From NCBI RefSeq assembly GCF_000025685.1, contig NC_013966.1:540001-572000 (forward strand): a stretch of 32,000 nt of DNA, in the 5' to 3' direction. The notes below the pieces were generated by a model. That model did not search any database. It had not been told where the DNA came from and saw nothing but the letters and a program-made list of their open reading frames with translations. Origin of the DNA: Haloferax volcanii DS2. GTDB taxonomy: Archaea > Halobacteriota > Halobacteria > Halobacteriales > Haloferacaceae. The translations under genes were made by a program, and so were the position numbers. Of the stretch, positions 1 to 6,986 are shown in pieces. The first letter of the stretch is position 1. The number at the start of each line of letters is the position of its first letter.

Positions 1-1791
1 GTAGGTCACGTCGAGCGGGTCGCGCTCGACCACGGCGGTCGCCCGGACGTTGACGAGTTCGACCGGGTCGTCGAGGCGGTAGCCGTAGGCGCTCTCGTGA
101 GCCTCGTGGAACCGCGCTTCGACCGCCTCGGCGTCGAACGTCTCGCCGACGGGGACGGTCAGTTCGAAGCTCTGACCGACGTACCGGAGGTCGGCGGCGC
201 GCCGGACCGCCGCGTCGTCGGGGTCGGTCACGTCGTCGAGCGTGTCGGCTTCGAGGTCGGCGTAGGCGGATTCGACCGCTTCTGCGTCGAGGCCGGAAAG
301 CGGTCGGCGGAGCGTCCGCACCGAGTCGTGTTTCTGGTCGGCCGCGAGCAGGCCGTACGCCGAGAGGACGCCGCAGGCCCGCGGGACCGCCACGGTCTCG
401 ATGTCGAGGCTCTCGGCGAGGGCGGCGGCGTGCATCGGCCCGGCACCGCCGAAGGCGACGAGGCCGAACTGCCGCGGGTCGCGGCCGCGCTCGACCGTCA
501 CGGCCCGAATCGCCCGCGTCATGTTGGCGTTGGCGACGCGGTAGACGCCGCGAGCGGCCGCGAGCGCGTCGTCCAGTCCGGCGTCGGCGGCGAGGCCGGA
601 GAGCGCGTCGCGGGCGGCGTCCACGTCGAGCGAGAGTTCGCCGCCGAGGGCGGAACTGCCGCCGATGTAGCCGAGGACGACGTTCGCGTCGGTCACGGTC
701 GGTTCGGTCCCGCCGCGGCCGTAGCAGGCCGGACCGGGGTTCGCCCCCGACGAGCGCGGCCCGACCCGGAGCGCGTTGCCCGAGTCGACCCACGCGATGG
801 ACCCGCCGCCCGCGCCGACGGTGTTCACGTCCACCATCGGCGTCTTGATGGGCCGGCCGTTGATTTCGGCGTCGGTGGTCCGCTCGACCTCGCCGTCGCG
901 GACGAGGCTCACGTCGCTGGAGGTGCCGCCCATGTCGAAGGTGACGAGGCCGGCGAGGTCGCCGCCGGAGCCGGTCGCGGTCTCCGCCGCGCCGACGACG
1001 CCCGCGGCCGGCCCGGACATCGTGGTCGTCACGGCGTGCTCGCGCACGGTCGACGCCGGGGCGATACCGCCGTTGGCCTGCATTATCTGAGGGACCGGGA
1101 CGCCGAGGTCCGCGGCCCGCGATTCGAGGCGGCCGAGGTAGCTGTCGATGGCCGGCGTCACGTAGGCGTCGACCGCGGTGGTCGAGGTGCGCTCGAACTC
1201 GCGGAACTCGGCGAGCACCTCGTGGGACGCGGAGACCGGCGCGTCGAGTTCCTCGCGGAGCACGTCGGCGACGACGCGCTCGTTTTCGGGGTGCCGGTAG
1301 GCGTGCAGCAGCGAGACGGCGACGCTCTCCGCGCCGGCGTCGCGGATGTCGTCTGCGAGCGCCCGGACCTCCGACTCGTCGACTTCGGTCTGGATGCCCT
1401 CGACGGTCGCCCGCTCCGTCACCTCGAACCGGCGGCGGCGCGGGACGAGCGGGGCGGGCTTGTCCGCGGTCACGTCGTAGAGGTCGGGTCGGGCCTGTCG
1501 GCCGATTTCGAGCACGTCGCGGAACCCCTCGGTGGTGACGAGCGCGGTCGTCGCGCCGTCGTCTTCGAGGAGGGCGTTGACCGAGACGGTCATCGCGTGG
1601 GTGAACGCGTCGACCTCGGCCGGGTCGATGCCGGCGTCGTCGCAGGCCCTCTCGATGCCGCGGACGACGCCGACGCTCTGGTCGTCCGTGCTCGGGACCT
1701 TCGCGGTGACGAGGCGGCCCTCGGGAGTCAGAAGCGCCACGTCGGTGAACGTGCCGCCGACGTCGACGCCGATTCGCGTCTCTGTGTCCAT
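1..1791 (-). CDS. hyuA: Hydantoinase/oxoprolinase family protein, A subunit (HyuA-like); C-terminus lies beyond the left window edge
   Basis: Absent from the ORF track because it has no stop inside the window. My translation of the minus strand from ATG 1791-1789 reads MDTETRIGVDVGGTFTDVALLTPEGRLVTAKVPSTDDQS...EGFRDVLEIGRQARPDLYD...FDMGGTSSDVSLV...VNTVGAGGGSIAWVD...PGPACYGRGG...FGGAGPMHA. These are typical hydantoinase_A/oxoprolinase blocks. The frame stays open to position 1. ORF 97..1824 (+) is its antisense shadow. The ATG overlaps the stop of the upstream NRAMP gene (TGATG). Confidence 0.9.
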   Translation of the reverse strand, partial: MDTETRIGVDVGGTFTDVALLTPEGRLVTAKVPSTDDQSVGVVRGIERACDDAGIDPAEVDAFTHAMTVSVNALLEDDGATTALVTTEGFRDVLEIGRQARPDLYDVTADKPAPLVPRRRRFEVTERATVEGIQTEVDESEVRALADDIRDAGAESVAVSLLHAYRHPENERVVADVLREELDAPVSASHEVLAEFREFERTSTTAVDAYVTPAIDSYLGRLESRAADLGVPVPQIMQANGGIAPASTVREHAVTTTMSGPAAGVVGAAETATGSGGDLAGLVTFDMGGTSSDVSLVRDGEVERTTDAEINGRPIKTPMVDVNTVGAGGGSIAWVDSGNALRVGPRSSGANPGPACYGRGGTEPTVTDANVVLGYIGGSSALGGELSLDVDAARDALSGLAADAGLDDALAAARGVYRVANANMTRAIRAVTVERGRDPRQFGLVAFGGAGPMHAAALAESLDIETVAVPRACGVLSAYGLLAADQKHDSVRTLRRPLSGLDAEAVESAYADLEADTLDDVTDPDDAAVRRAADLRYVGQSFELTVPVGETFDAEAVEARFHEAHESAYGYRLDDPVELVNVRATAVVERDPLDVTY

Positions 1792-3008
1792 CAGAACACC
1801 CCCATATCGGTCGCGACCGTATAGAGCGTTCGGAGGCCGAGCCAGACGACGACGAGCGTCACCAGCCCGCCGACGACGTTCTGGAGCGTGGAGTTGGCGT
1901 ACGACCCGAGGATGTCGCGGTCGTTCATCACGTAGATGAGGAAGACGGCGACGATGGGAAGCAGGACGCCGTTGGCGACCTGCGCGAAGACGATGGCCTG
2001 CACGGGGCTGTATCCGACCGCGGAGAAGACGATGCCGACGAGCAGAATCGAGCCCCAGACGGCGCGGAACTTCGTGGACTGGAGGTCGGTGTCCCAGCCG
2101 AGCGCCCCCGCCGTCGCGTACGCGCCGGCCAGCGGGGCGGTCGTCGCGCTGGTGAAGCCCGCGGCGAACAGCCCGATGCCGAAGAACACCTTCGCCTGCG
2201 TGCCGACGAGCGGTTCGAGCTGTTCGGCCATCGTGCTCACGTTCTGGATGTTCGTCCCGACGGGGAACGCCGCCGCGGCGGTGACGAGAATCGAGATGGT
2301 GATGAAGCCGCCGAGGACGATAGACAGAACCGTGTCGGCCCGCGACTCGTTCAACTCCTCGGGGCCGGCCCACCGCTCTTGGACGCTCCCGGCGTGGAGA
2401 AAGAGGTTGTAGCCGACGACGGTCGTCCCGATGAGGCCGGTGATGAGGAACGCCGACCCCTCCGGGACGCTCGGGATGAACCCGCGGGCGAGCGCGCCGA
2501 GGTCGGGGCCGATGAGGATGGCGTCGATGAGGAAGGAGACGGCCATGATGGAGACGAGGCCGACCAGCGCTTTCTCGATGAGTTTGTACTTCCCGGACCA
2601 CAGGAGGACGCCGGCGACGAGACCCATCGCGGGCCCCCAGAGGTTGGCGCTGATGCCGGTCAGCCCCTCCAGTCCGGCCGCGCCGCCGAGGATGTTTCCG
2701 GTCTCGTAGGCGGCCGTGCCGACGCCGATGGCGCTCACGACGAGGGCGATACTCAGTCCCGACAGCGCGGGGCTGTCGAACTGCCCCCGGAGCGCCTCCC
2801 CGAGGCCCTCGCGGGAGACGAGGCCGAGTCGGGCGCTCATCTCCTGCAGCACGATAGTGGCGACTATCGAGAAGGCAATCGTCCAGACGAGCGCGTAGCC
2901 GAATCGCGCGCCCGTCACGCTCGCGGTCGTGACCGTTCCGGGACCGATGAACGCGGCGGCGACCATCGCGCCCGGACCGATAGATTTCAGACGTTCGATG
3001 AAGTTCAT
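1791..3008 (-). CDS. mntH: NRAMP-family divalent metal (Mn2+/Fe2+) transporter
   Basis: Starts at an internal Met of ORF 1791..3917. MNFIERLKSIGPGAMVAAAFIGPGTVTTASVTGARFGYALVWTIAF... is the NRAMP N-terminal signature, followed by about 11 hydrophobic segments (405 aa). The upstream 303 codons of the ORF are Arg/Ser/Pro-rich and overlap the RHH gene in another frame, so they are rejected. A TATA-like ATTTAT lies at 3051-3056. Confidence 0.9.
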   Translation of the reverse strand: MNFIERLKSIGPGAMVAAAFIGPGTVTTASVTGARFGYALVWTIAFSIVATIVLQEMSARLGLVSREGLGEALRGQFDSPALSGLSIALVVSAIGVGTAAYETGNILGGAAGLEGLTGISANLWGPAMGLVAGVLLWSGKYKLIEKALVGLVSIMAVSFLIDAILIGPDLGALARGFIPSVPEGSAFLITGLIGTTVVGYNLFLHAGSVQERWAGPEELNESRADTVLSIVLGGFITISILVTAAAAFPVGTNIQNVSTMAEQLEPLVGTQAKVFFGIGLFAAGFTSATTAPLAGAYATAGALGWDTDLQSTKFRAVWGSILLVGIVFSAVGYSPVQAIVFAQVANGVLLPIVAVFLIYVMNDRDILGSYANSTLQNVVGGLVTLVVVWLGLRTLYTVATDMGVF

Positions 3009-3198
3009 GGTTCTACCTGTGAGGTGGATTGACGTATCAAACTCTGATTGATAAATCCCGGTTGAGAACGCCGAGTACGGCGCGAAGAGCGCGTACGAAG
3101 GAGTATGAACGAGTATGAAGCTAGCGGCGGGCGTGGACCGACAACCGAGTCCGGAAACCAGCGTCCGAGTCCGGTCGGGTCCGCGCCGGACGCGGCCC

Positions 3199-3744
3199 TC
3201 ACCGGACCTCGGTGAGAAGCACCTTCGAGACGCCCTCTTCGACCTCGATATCGAACGGGGACTGCTCGGTGCTGAGCGCGATGAACCGCGACATAAACCA
3301 CTTGACGGACTCGGTGGGAAAGACGACGTGGAAGGTGTCGCCCTCGGAGGCGCGGACCGTGAGAAAGCCGCAGAACGACAGCCAGTCGAGGAGTTCAGCC
3401 AGCGACTCGAATCGGTCGCGATACTCGTGGGCGTGGAACGCCGCGACCCGGTCGATGGCGTCGAGAAACTCGGGAGCCGGCTCGCCGTCGTCGCCCTCCA
3501 CGTAGTCGAGAAACGTGTGCAGGAAGTCCACGTCGAGAAGGACGTGCTCGCCGCTCGACAGCATCTGGTGGTAGGCTTCGAGGTTCGGCCCGGCGTCGGT
3601 CGTCGCCGCCTCGAAGTTGGCCGCGTAGAAGACGAGCGCCTCGCGGACGAGTTCGCTTTGGGCCTTGTCGGTCCGGCCGGCGAGCCCGTCGAGCGCCGAC
3701 TGAGCGTCCTCGTCGAGCGACACCGTGACGCGATTCGTGACCAT
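3199..3744 (-). CDS. Ribbon-helix-helix (CopG/Arc/MetJ-like) domain protein with a ~130-aa C-terminal domain of unknown function
   Basis: 181-aa acidic ORF. The N-terminus MVTNRVTVSLDEDAQSALDGLAGRTDKAQSELVREALVFYA fits the beta-strand/helix/helix RHH pattern. The C-terminal domain contains FHAHEY and a Cys (SFCGF). It has the same orientation as the NRAMP-hyuA pair and lies directly upstream of it. Confidence 0.75.
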   Translation of the reverse strand: MVTNRVTVSLDEDAQSALDGLAGRTDKAQSELVREALVFYAANFEAATTDAGPNLEAYHQMLSSGEHVLLDVDFLHTFLDYVEGDDGEPAPEFLDAIDRVAAFHAHEYRDRFESLAELLDWLSFCGFLTVRASEGDTFHVVFPTESVKWFMSRFIALSTEQSPFDIEVEEGVSKVLLTEVR

Positions 3745-3847
3745 GCGTGTCTAACTCTCGGTGGGGTTCTTAAGGGTGTGTAGATGACCGCCGCGAGTCG
3801 CGAACGCGTGACGAACGGCAGCCGGCTACTCAAGATGTGTGAAAATT

Positions 3848-4519
3848 TTAGAAATTGAGACGACGGCGACGGGTCAGTCCGCCGTCGCGGTGCTCGCTCC
3901 CGCCGGCTTCGAAGCACTCCTCTGGCGAGCGGTCGTCGGGAAGGCCGTCGCCGTCGTCCTCGACGTAAAAGCCGTCGTGGGTCCGACCGACGGTCACCGT
4001 TACCTCGGAGCCGCCGTGGTCGACGAACGCGTCGTTGACGTACTCGAAGCGGCCGCGCTCGTCGACGACGTACACCGGGTAGCCGAGCGCTTCGAGAACG
4101 GTTTCGTAGCGCTCCGCCCGGCGGGTCGCCCGGTGTTCGGAGACGCTGTTTTCGATGCGGTTGACGAGCAGTTCGTACTGCTCGGAGGAGGGCTGTTTCT
4201 GGAGGTAGTCGGTGACGCCCGCGGAGATGGCGTCGCTCGCGACTTCCTCGCTCCCCTTGCCGGTAAAGAGGATGAGGGGAAGCGAACCGTGGTCCTCGCG
4301 AACCGTTTCGAGGAGTTCGACCCCGGTCATCGCCGGCATGTCGTAGTCGCTGACCACGCAGTCGATATCGGAATCACGAACGATATCGAACGCGACCCTC
4401 GGGTCCGAGCACGTCGTCACCTCGAACGAAGAGAGCTTTCGAAGGTACGTCTCGCCGAGGTCCAAGAGCGCCGCGTCGTCGTCGGCGTAGACGACGCGAG
4501 GGGATTCCGAGGTCGTCAT
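3848..4519 (-). CDS. Response-regulator receiver protein with remnant PAS and HATPase_c fragments (decayed hybrid kinase)
   Basis: 223 aa. The REC domain is canonical: YADDD, VVSDYDMPAMTG, LILFTGKG, DYLQK. The start of a PAS fold (YPVYVVDERGRFEYVNDAFVDH) then joins directly to a HATPase_c G1-G2 stretch (VTVTVGRTHDGFYVEDDGDGLP...FEAGGSEHRDGG). No HisKA H-box or N-box is present. The ORF ends in AT-rich sequence. A TATA-like TTTATA lies about 30 nt upstream of ATG 4519. Confidence 0.85.
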   Translation of the reverse strand: MTTSESPRVVYADDDAALLDLGETYLRKLSSFEVTTCSDPRVAFDIVRDSDIDCVVSDYDMPAMTGVELLETVREDHGSLPLILFTGKGSEEVASDAISAGVTDYLQKQPSSEQYELLVNRIENSVSEHRATRRAERYETVLEALGYPVYVVDERGRFEYVNDAFVDHGGSEVTVTVGRTHDGFYVEDDGDGLPDDRSPEECFEAGGSEHRDGGLTRRRRLNF

Positions 4520-4687
4520 CAGTAGGTACCGAATAGCAACTCTCGCGGCGGCACATATGTTCGACCTCTATAAATAGGGACCGGAGAAACACGGGTCGGT
4601 TTCGAATCTAATAACGAGAACGACGGCGCGACGGAGGCGACCGAGTTTGACGCGACCGAGTCCGACCGGGTCTCGCTCGGCCGCCCG

Positions 4688-5944
4688 TCAGAACTCGCCG
4701 GCGACGATGTCGGTGACGCGCTCGCGGTCGAACAGCCGTTCAGCCTCGGGAATCTCGGGGTACGACTCGCCGTCGCCGTAGCCGGGCCACGCGCCGAACC
4801 GCTCGGGGAAGAGCTGTTTGGCGGTCATCTCCAACTGGAACAGGTTCATAATCGGGCCCTGCATCCCGTTGCCGGACGGGTAGTACCGGCCGTCGCGGAA
4901 CGCGGGCACCTCGTCCGCGAGGGGGTTCGAAAGCACCTCGTCGCGGTTCGAGCGGAAGGTGTCTCTGAGCGCGGTCCCCCAGTACCGGAGGACCACGTCG
5001 GGCGCGGTCTCGACCATCACCTCGTAATCGTACGAACCGTCCGACCCGGTCTGGGCGTCTGTCGTCGCAAACGCGTTCTGCATCCCGAACGGGCGGAGGT
5101 GCGCCCAGAGGTAGCCGTCCCCCGTGAAGTCGTACGGCCAGAACGTCCCGCCGGTGTCGGCGACGACCGCGAGCGACGGGCGCTCGGACGCCGGTGGGAG
5201 GTCGGCCCGTATCCGGGCGACGAGGTCGTCCCGGAGGGACCTGAACGCCCGGTAGCGCTCTTCCTCTCGGAACACCGCCGCGATGTGGCCGAGGTACTCC
5301 CAGAGCGTATAGTGCTCGTAGCGGTCGCGGCAAGGCTCGGGCGGGTCGGCGTTCGTCCGGCTGTAATAGTTGCCGAACCACGGACCCACGTCGGCCGCGA
5401 TTGACGCCACCTCGCCTTCGGTCCAGTCGAACGAGGGACTCCGGAGCAGACACGGGTCGAGGAAGTGCACGTCGCTGTCCAGTTCGTAAAACAGCTCTCT
5501 GTCGAGGGCGTTCGGGTTCGACGCCGGCGTAACGCGGCCGAGTTTCTCCCACTCGAACTCCACGCCGTCGAGCGCGTCGTAGTAGTAGTCGACCGTGTTG
5601 CCGAACAGCTCCTTGTCGTAACCGATGCCGGTAATGGCGTCGCCGTGGCCGAAGGCGACCGCCGCGTCGGCCGAGACCGGGTAGTAAGTCAGAGCGCGTT
5701 CCGGCACGGCGTCGAACTCGACCTCACCGACCGGGGCCATCGACACCGAGTACGACCCGTCGCTCGTCTCAGTCGCTTCTTCGGTATCCGTCTCAGTCGT
5801 CGAGACGGCGTCAGAAGTAGTGGTCGTCGCGTCGGAACCCCCGCCCGCACAACCCGCGAGGAGTCCCCCGCCGAGGACCGTCCCGCCGAACTTCACGTAG
5901 TCCCGGCGAGTCGGCCCGGACCGACAGTCATCGTTGTCTGCCAT
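4688..5944 (-). CDS. ABC-transporter periplasmic substrate-binding lipoprotein, iron-siderophore/cobalamin type (Peripla_BP_2-like), paralog 1
   Basis: 418 aa. Tat motif (PTRRDYVKFGG), lipobox (LLAGC) and a Thr/Asp/Glu-rich linker. The C-terminal block QGPIMNLFQLEMTAKQLFPERFGAWP is shared with the ORFs at 19953..21179 and 21274..22509. The family call is from memory of haloarchaeal binding proteins and has not been searched. Confidence 0.85.
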   Translation of the reverse strand: MADNDDCRSGPTRRDYVKFGGTVLGGGLLAGCAGGGSDATTTTSDAVSTTETDTEEATETSDGSYSVSMAPVGEVEFDAVPERALTYYPVSADAAVAFGHGDAITGIGYDKELFGNTVDYYYDALDGVEFEWEKLGRVTPASNPNALDRELFYELDSDVHFLDPCLLRSPSFDWTEGEVASIAADVGPWFGNYYSRTNADPPEPCRDRYEHYTLWEYLGHIAAVFREEERYRAFRSLRDDLVARIRADLPPASERPSLAVVADTGGTFWPYDFTGDGYLWAHLRPFGMQNAFATTDAQTGSDGSYDYEVMVETAPDVVLRYWGTALRDTFRSNRDEVLSNPLADEVPAFRDGRYYPSGNGMQGPIMNLFQLEMTAKQLFPERFGAWPGYGDGESYPEIPEAERLFDRERVTDIVAGEF

Positions 5945-5947
5945 ATT

Positions 5948-5997
5948 TTTAGGCCAGCATAAAAAAATAAAACTGCTTCGTTTTAGGTATGCCTAAA
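5948..5997 (-). promoter_or_regulatory. Promoter of binding-protein paralog 1: two TTTAGG-N4-CCTAAA palindromes flanking a TATA-like box
   Basis: TTTAGGccagCATAAA at 5948-5963 lies 3 nt from ATG 5944. The perfect palindrome TTTAGGtatgCCTAAA lies at 5982-5997. The A/T run at 5961-5972 (TTTTATTTTTTT on the minus strand) spans about -17..-28. Confidence 0.7.
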
Positions 5998-6128
5998 TAC
6001 TTCGCTCGCGAGCGAGGAGTCGTGATATTTTAACAATGAGTTGAGACGTATTGAGCGTGTTCCCCGTTACGGATTCCCTCCCCTGCGTCTCGACGGACAG
6101 TATCGAGCGGTTCCTCGCGGCCTTGCTC

Positions 6129-6164
6129 GTCGGACGCGTCGGTCGCGTCGGTCGTGTCAGTCAC
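6129..6164. repeat. 4 x 9-bp imperfect tandem repeat (GTCGGWCGY)
   Basis: The units are gtcggacgc, gtcggtcgc, gtcggtcgt and gtcagtcac, read directly. The repeat spans the stop codon (6161-6163) of the zinc-ribbon membrane protein gene. Confidence 0.8.
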
Positions 6165-6592
6165 GTTCGAGTCCCCCCTTCGGCGGCGTCAACGTCGGCC
6201 TCGGCCCCGGAACCGGGGACCGAACCGAGTTCGGTCGCACACCACTGACAGAACGCAAGCGACGGGTCGGCGGCGCGGCGACAGTTCGGACAGACCCGGC
6301 CGTCGCGGCTCTCGGACCGCTTCGACGCGCGGTTCTGGACGCGCGCAACCACGTACGCGTCGAGAGTGGCGAGGAGGGTAACGACGAACAGCGGCGCGGC
6401 GCTCCAGAAGTCGCCCGCGCCCTGCAAGTACATCGCAACCGCGTCGGGACCGCTCAGAGAGCCGACGCCAAGGAAGACGGCAGCCCACGCGAACGCGCGC
6501 TTCCAACGGCGGAGATACAACTGTCCGAGCCCCGCGACGAACGACGAGAGGAGCGCGGCGAGAAGCGGGCGCTTGACTGCGCGTTTTTTCAT
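6161..6592 (-). CDS. Membrane protein with C-terminal zinc-ribbon domain
   Basis: 143 aa. The N-terminal hydrophobic segments include GLGQLYLRRWKRAFAWAAVFLGVG. The C-terminal CPNC...CQWC pair forms a zinc ribbon. GC3 is high. A TATA-like GCTATACG lies about 27 nt upstream of ATG 6592. Confidence 0.7.
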   Translation of the reverse strand: MKKRAVKRPLLAALLSSFVAGLGQLYLRRWKRAFAWAAVFLGVGSLSGPDAVAMYLQGAGDFWSAAPLFVVTLLATLDAYVVARVQNRASKRSESRDGRVCPNCRRAADPSLAFCQWCATELGSVPGSGAEADVDAAEGGTRT

Positions 6593-6620
6593 ATATTGAA
6601 TTTCTGTTCAACCACGTATA

Positions 6621-6659
6621 GCGGTTCGGGTCACCGAACCGCGGTACCGCTACCGGTAG
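6621..6659. promoter_or_regulatory. Cluster of three GC-rich palindromes between two divergent TATA-like boxes
   Basis: A 9-bp stem GCGGTTCGG/CCGAACCGC (6621-6629 / 6634-6642) with loop GTCA. It is followed by the perfect palindromes GCGGTACCGC (6641-6650) and CTACCGGTAG (6650-6659). Confidence 0.6.
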
Positions 6660-6701
6660 TTTAAATATTGAATTAATATTCAACAGCGTCGTGGGCACAC
6701 G

Positions 6702-6908
6702 ATGAACGACACAACGACGCGGAGATATCTCGCGATTGGCGGACTGAGCGCGGTGCTCTCGCTTTTCGTCCTCCCTATCGCGGGGTTCGTCTCGGTCTAC
6801 ACCGGCTACAAAGTACACGGACACACGAAGAACATTTACAGCTATCTGCTAGCCGGAGCGGGGTCGCTCTCGGTGCTGTTCTGGGTGGCCTTCCTGGTTC
6901 GGCTCTGA
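6702..6908 (+). CDS. Small (68 aa) two-TM membrane protein, unknown function
   Basis: MNDTTTRRYLAIGGLSAVLSLFVLPIAGFVSVY...LLAGAGSLSVLFWVAFLVRL contains two clear hydrophobic helices. Third-position GC is high, like neighbouring genes. A TATA-like TTAATATT lies about 27 nt upstream. Confidence 0.6.
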   Translation: MNDTTTRRYLAIGGLSAVLSLFVLPIAGFVSVYTGYKVHGHTKNIYSYLLAGAGSLSVLFWVAFLVRL

Positions 6909-6948
6909 CCGCGGTCGGCGGCGAGTCATCCCGCCGCCCGCGACGACC

Positions 6949-6965
6949 CGAAAGCGACACTTTCG
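6949..6965 (+). promoter_or_regulatory. Inverted repeat CGAAAG-N5-CTTTCG upstream of the TetR gene (candidate auto-operator)
   Basis: Read directly from the sequence. It lies 22-38 nt upstream of ATG 6987, where the core promoter or TSS of a leaderless gene would be. Confidence 0.4.
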
Positions 6966-6986
6966 TCGAACGCGAACCGCCGGGAT

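Noticed and set aside
97-1824. 575-aa plus-strand ORF covering the left end of the window
   Set aside because: It is Arg/Gly/Val/Asp-rich low-complexity sequence with no recognisable motif. It lies exactly antisense to a minus-strand frame that translates into an unmistakable hydantoinase/oxoprolinase. It is a typical high-GC shadow ORF.
1791-3917. Full 708-aa version of the NRAMP ORF, and similarly the 1004-aa version of the kinase ORF (11018-14032) and the 474-aa version of hutI (24119-25543)
   Set aside because: The N-terminal extensions are Arg/Pro/Ser-rich, overlap neighbouring well-supported genes, and precede internal starts that match family N-termini and promoter spacing.
4560-4687. 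Possible small RNA or tRNA near GGTCGGTTTCGAATCT (about 4585-4600)
   Set aside because: There is only a superficial T-loop resemblance, with no cloverleaf pairing. The region is adequately explained as the receiver-gene promoter plus the 3' flank of the binding-protein gene.
6030-6164. 44-aa acidic minus-strand ORF (VTDTTDATDASDEQGREEPLDTV...) starting at a GTG that overlaps the zinc-ribbon gene stop (GTGA)
   Set aside because: The first half merely translates the 9-bp tandem repeat. GC3 falls to non-coding levels in the second half, and there is no recognisable motif. It is not reported as a gene, though Ribo-seq could revisit it.
6165-6174. GTTCGAGTCC, resembling a tRNA T-loop
   Set aside because: The flanking bases cannot form a T-stem (TCACG versus CCCCC), no acceptor or anticodon arms are evident, and it lies inside a coding region.
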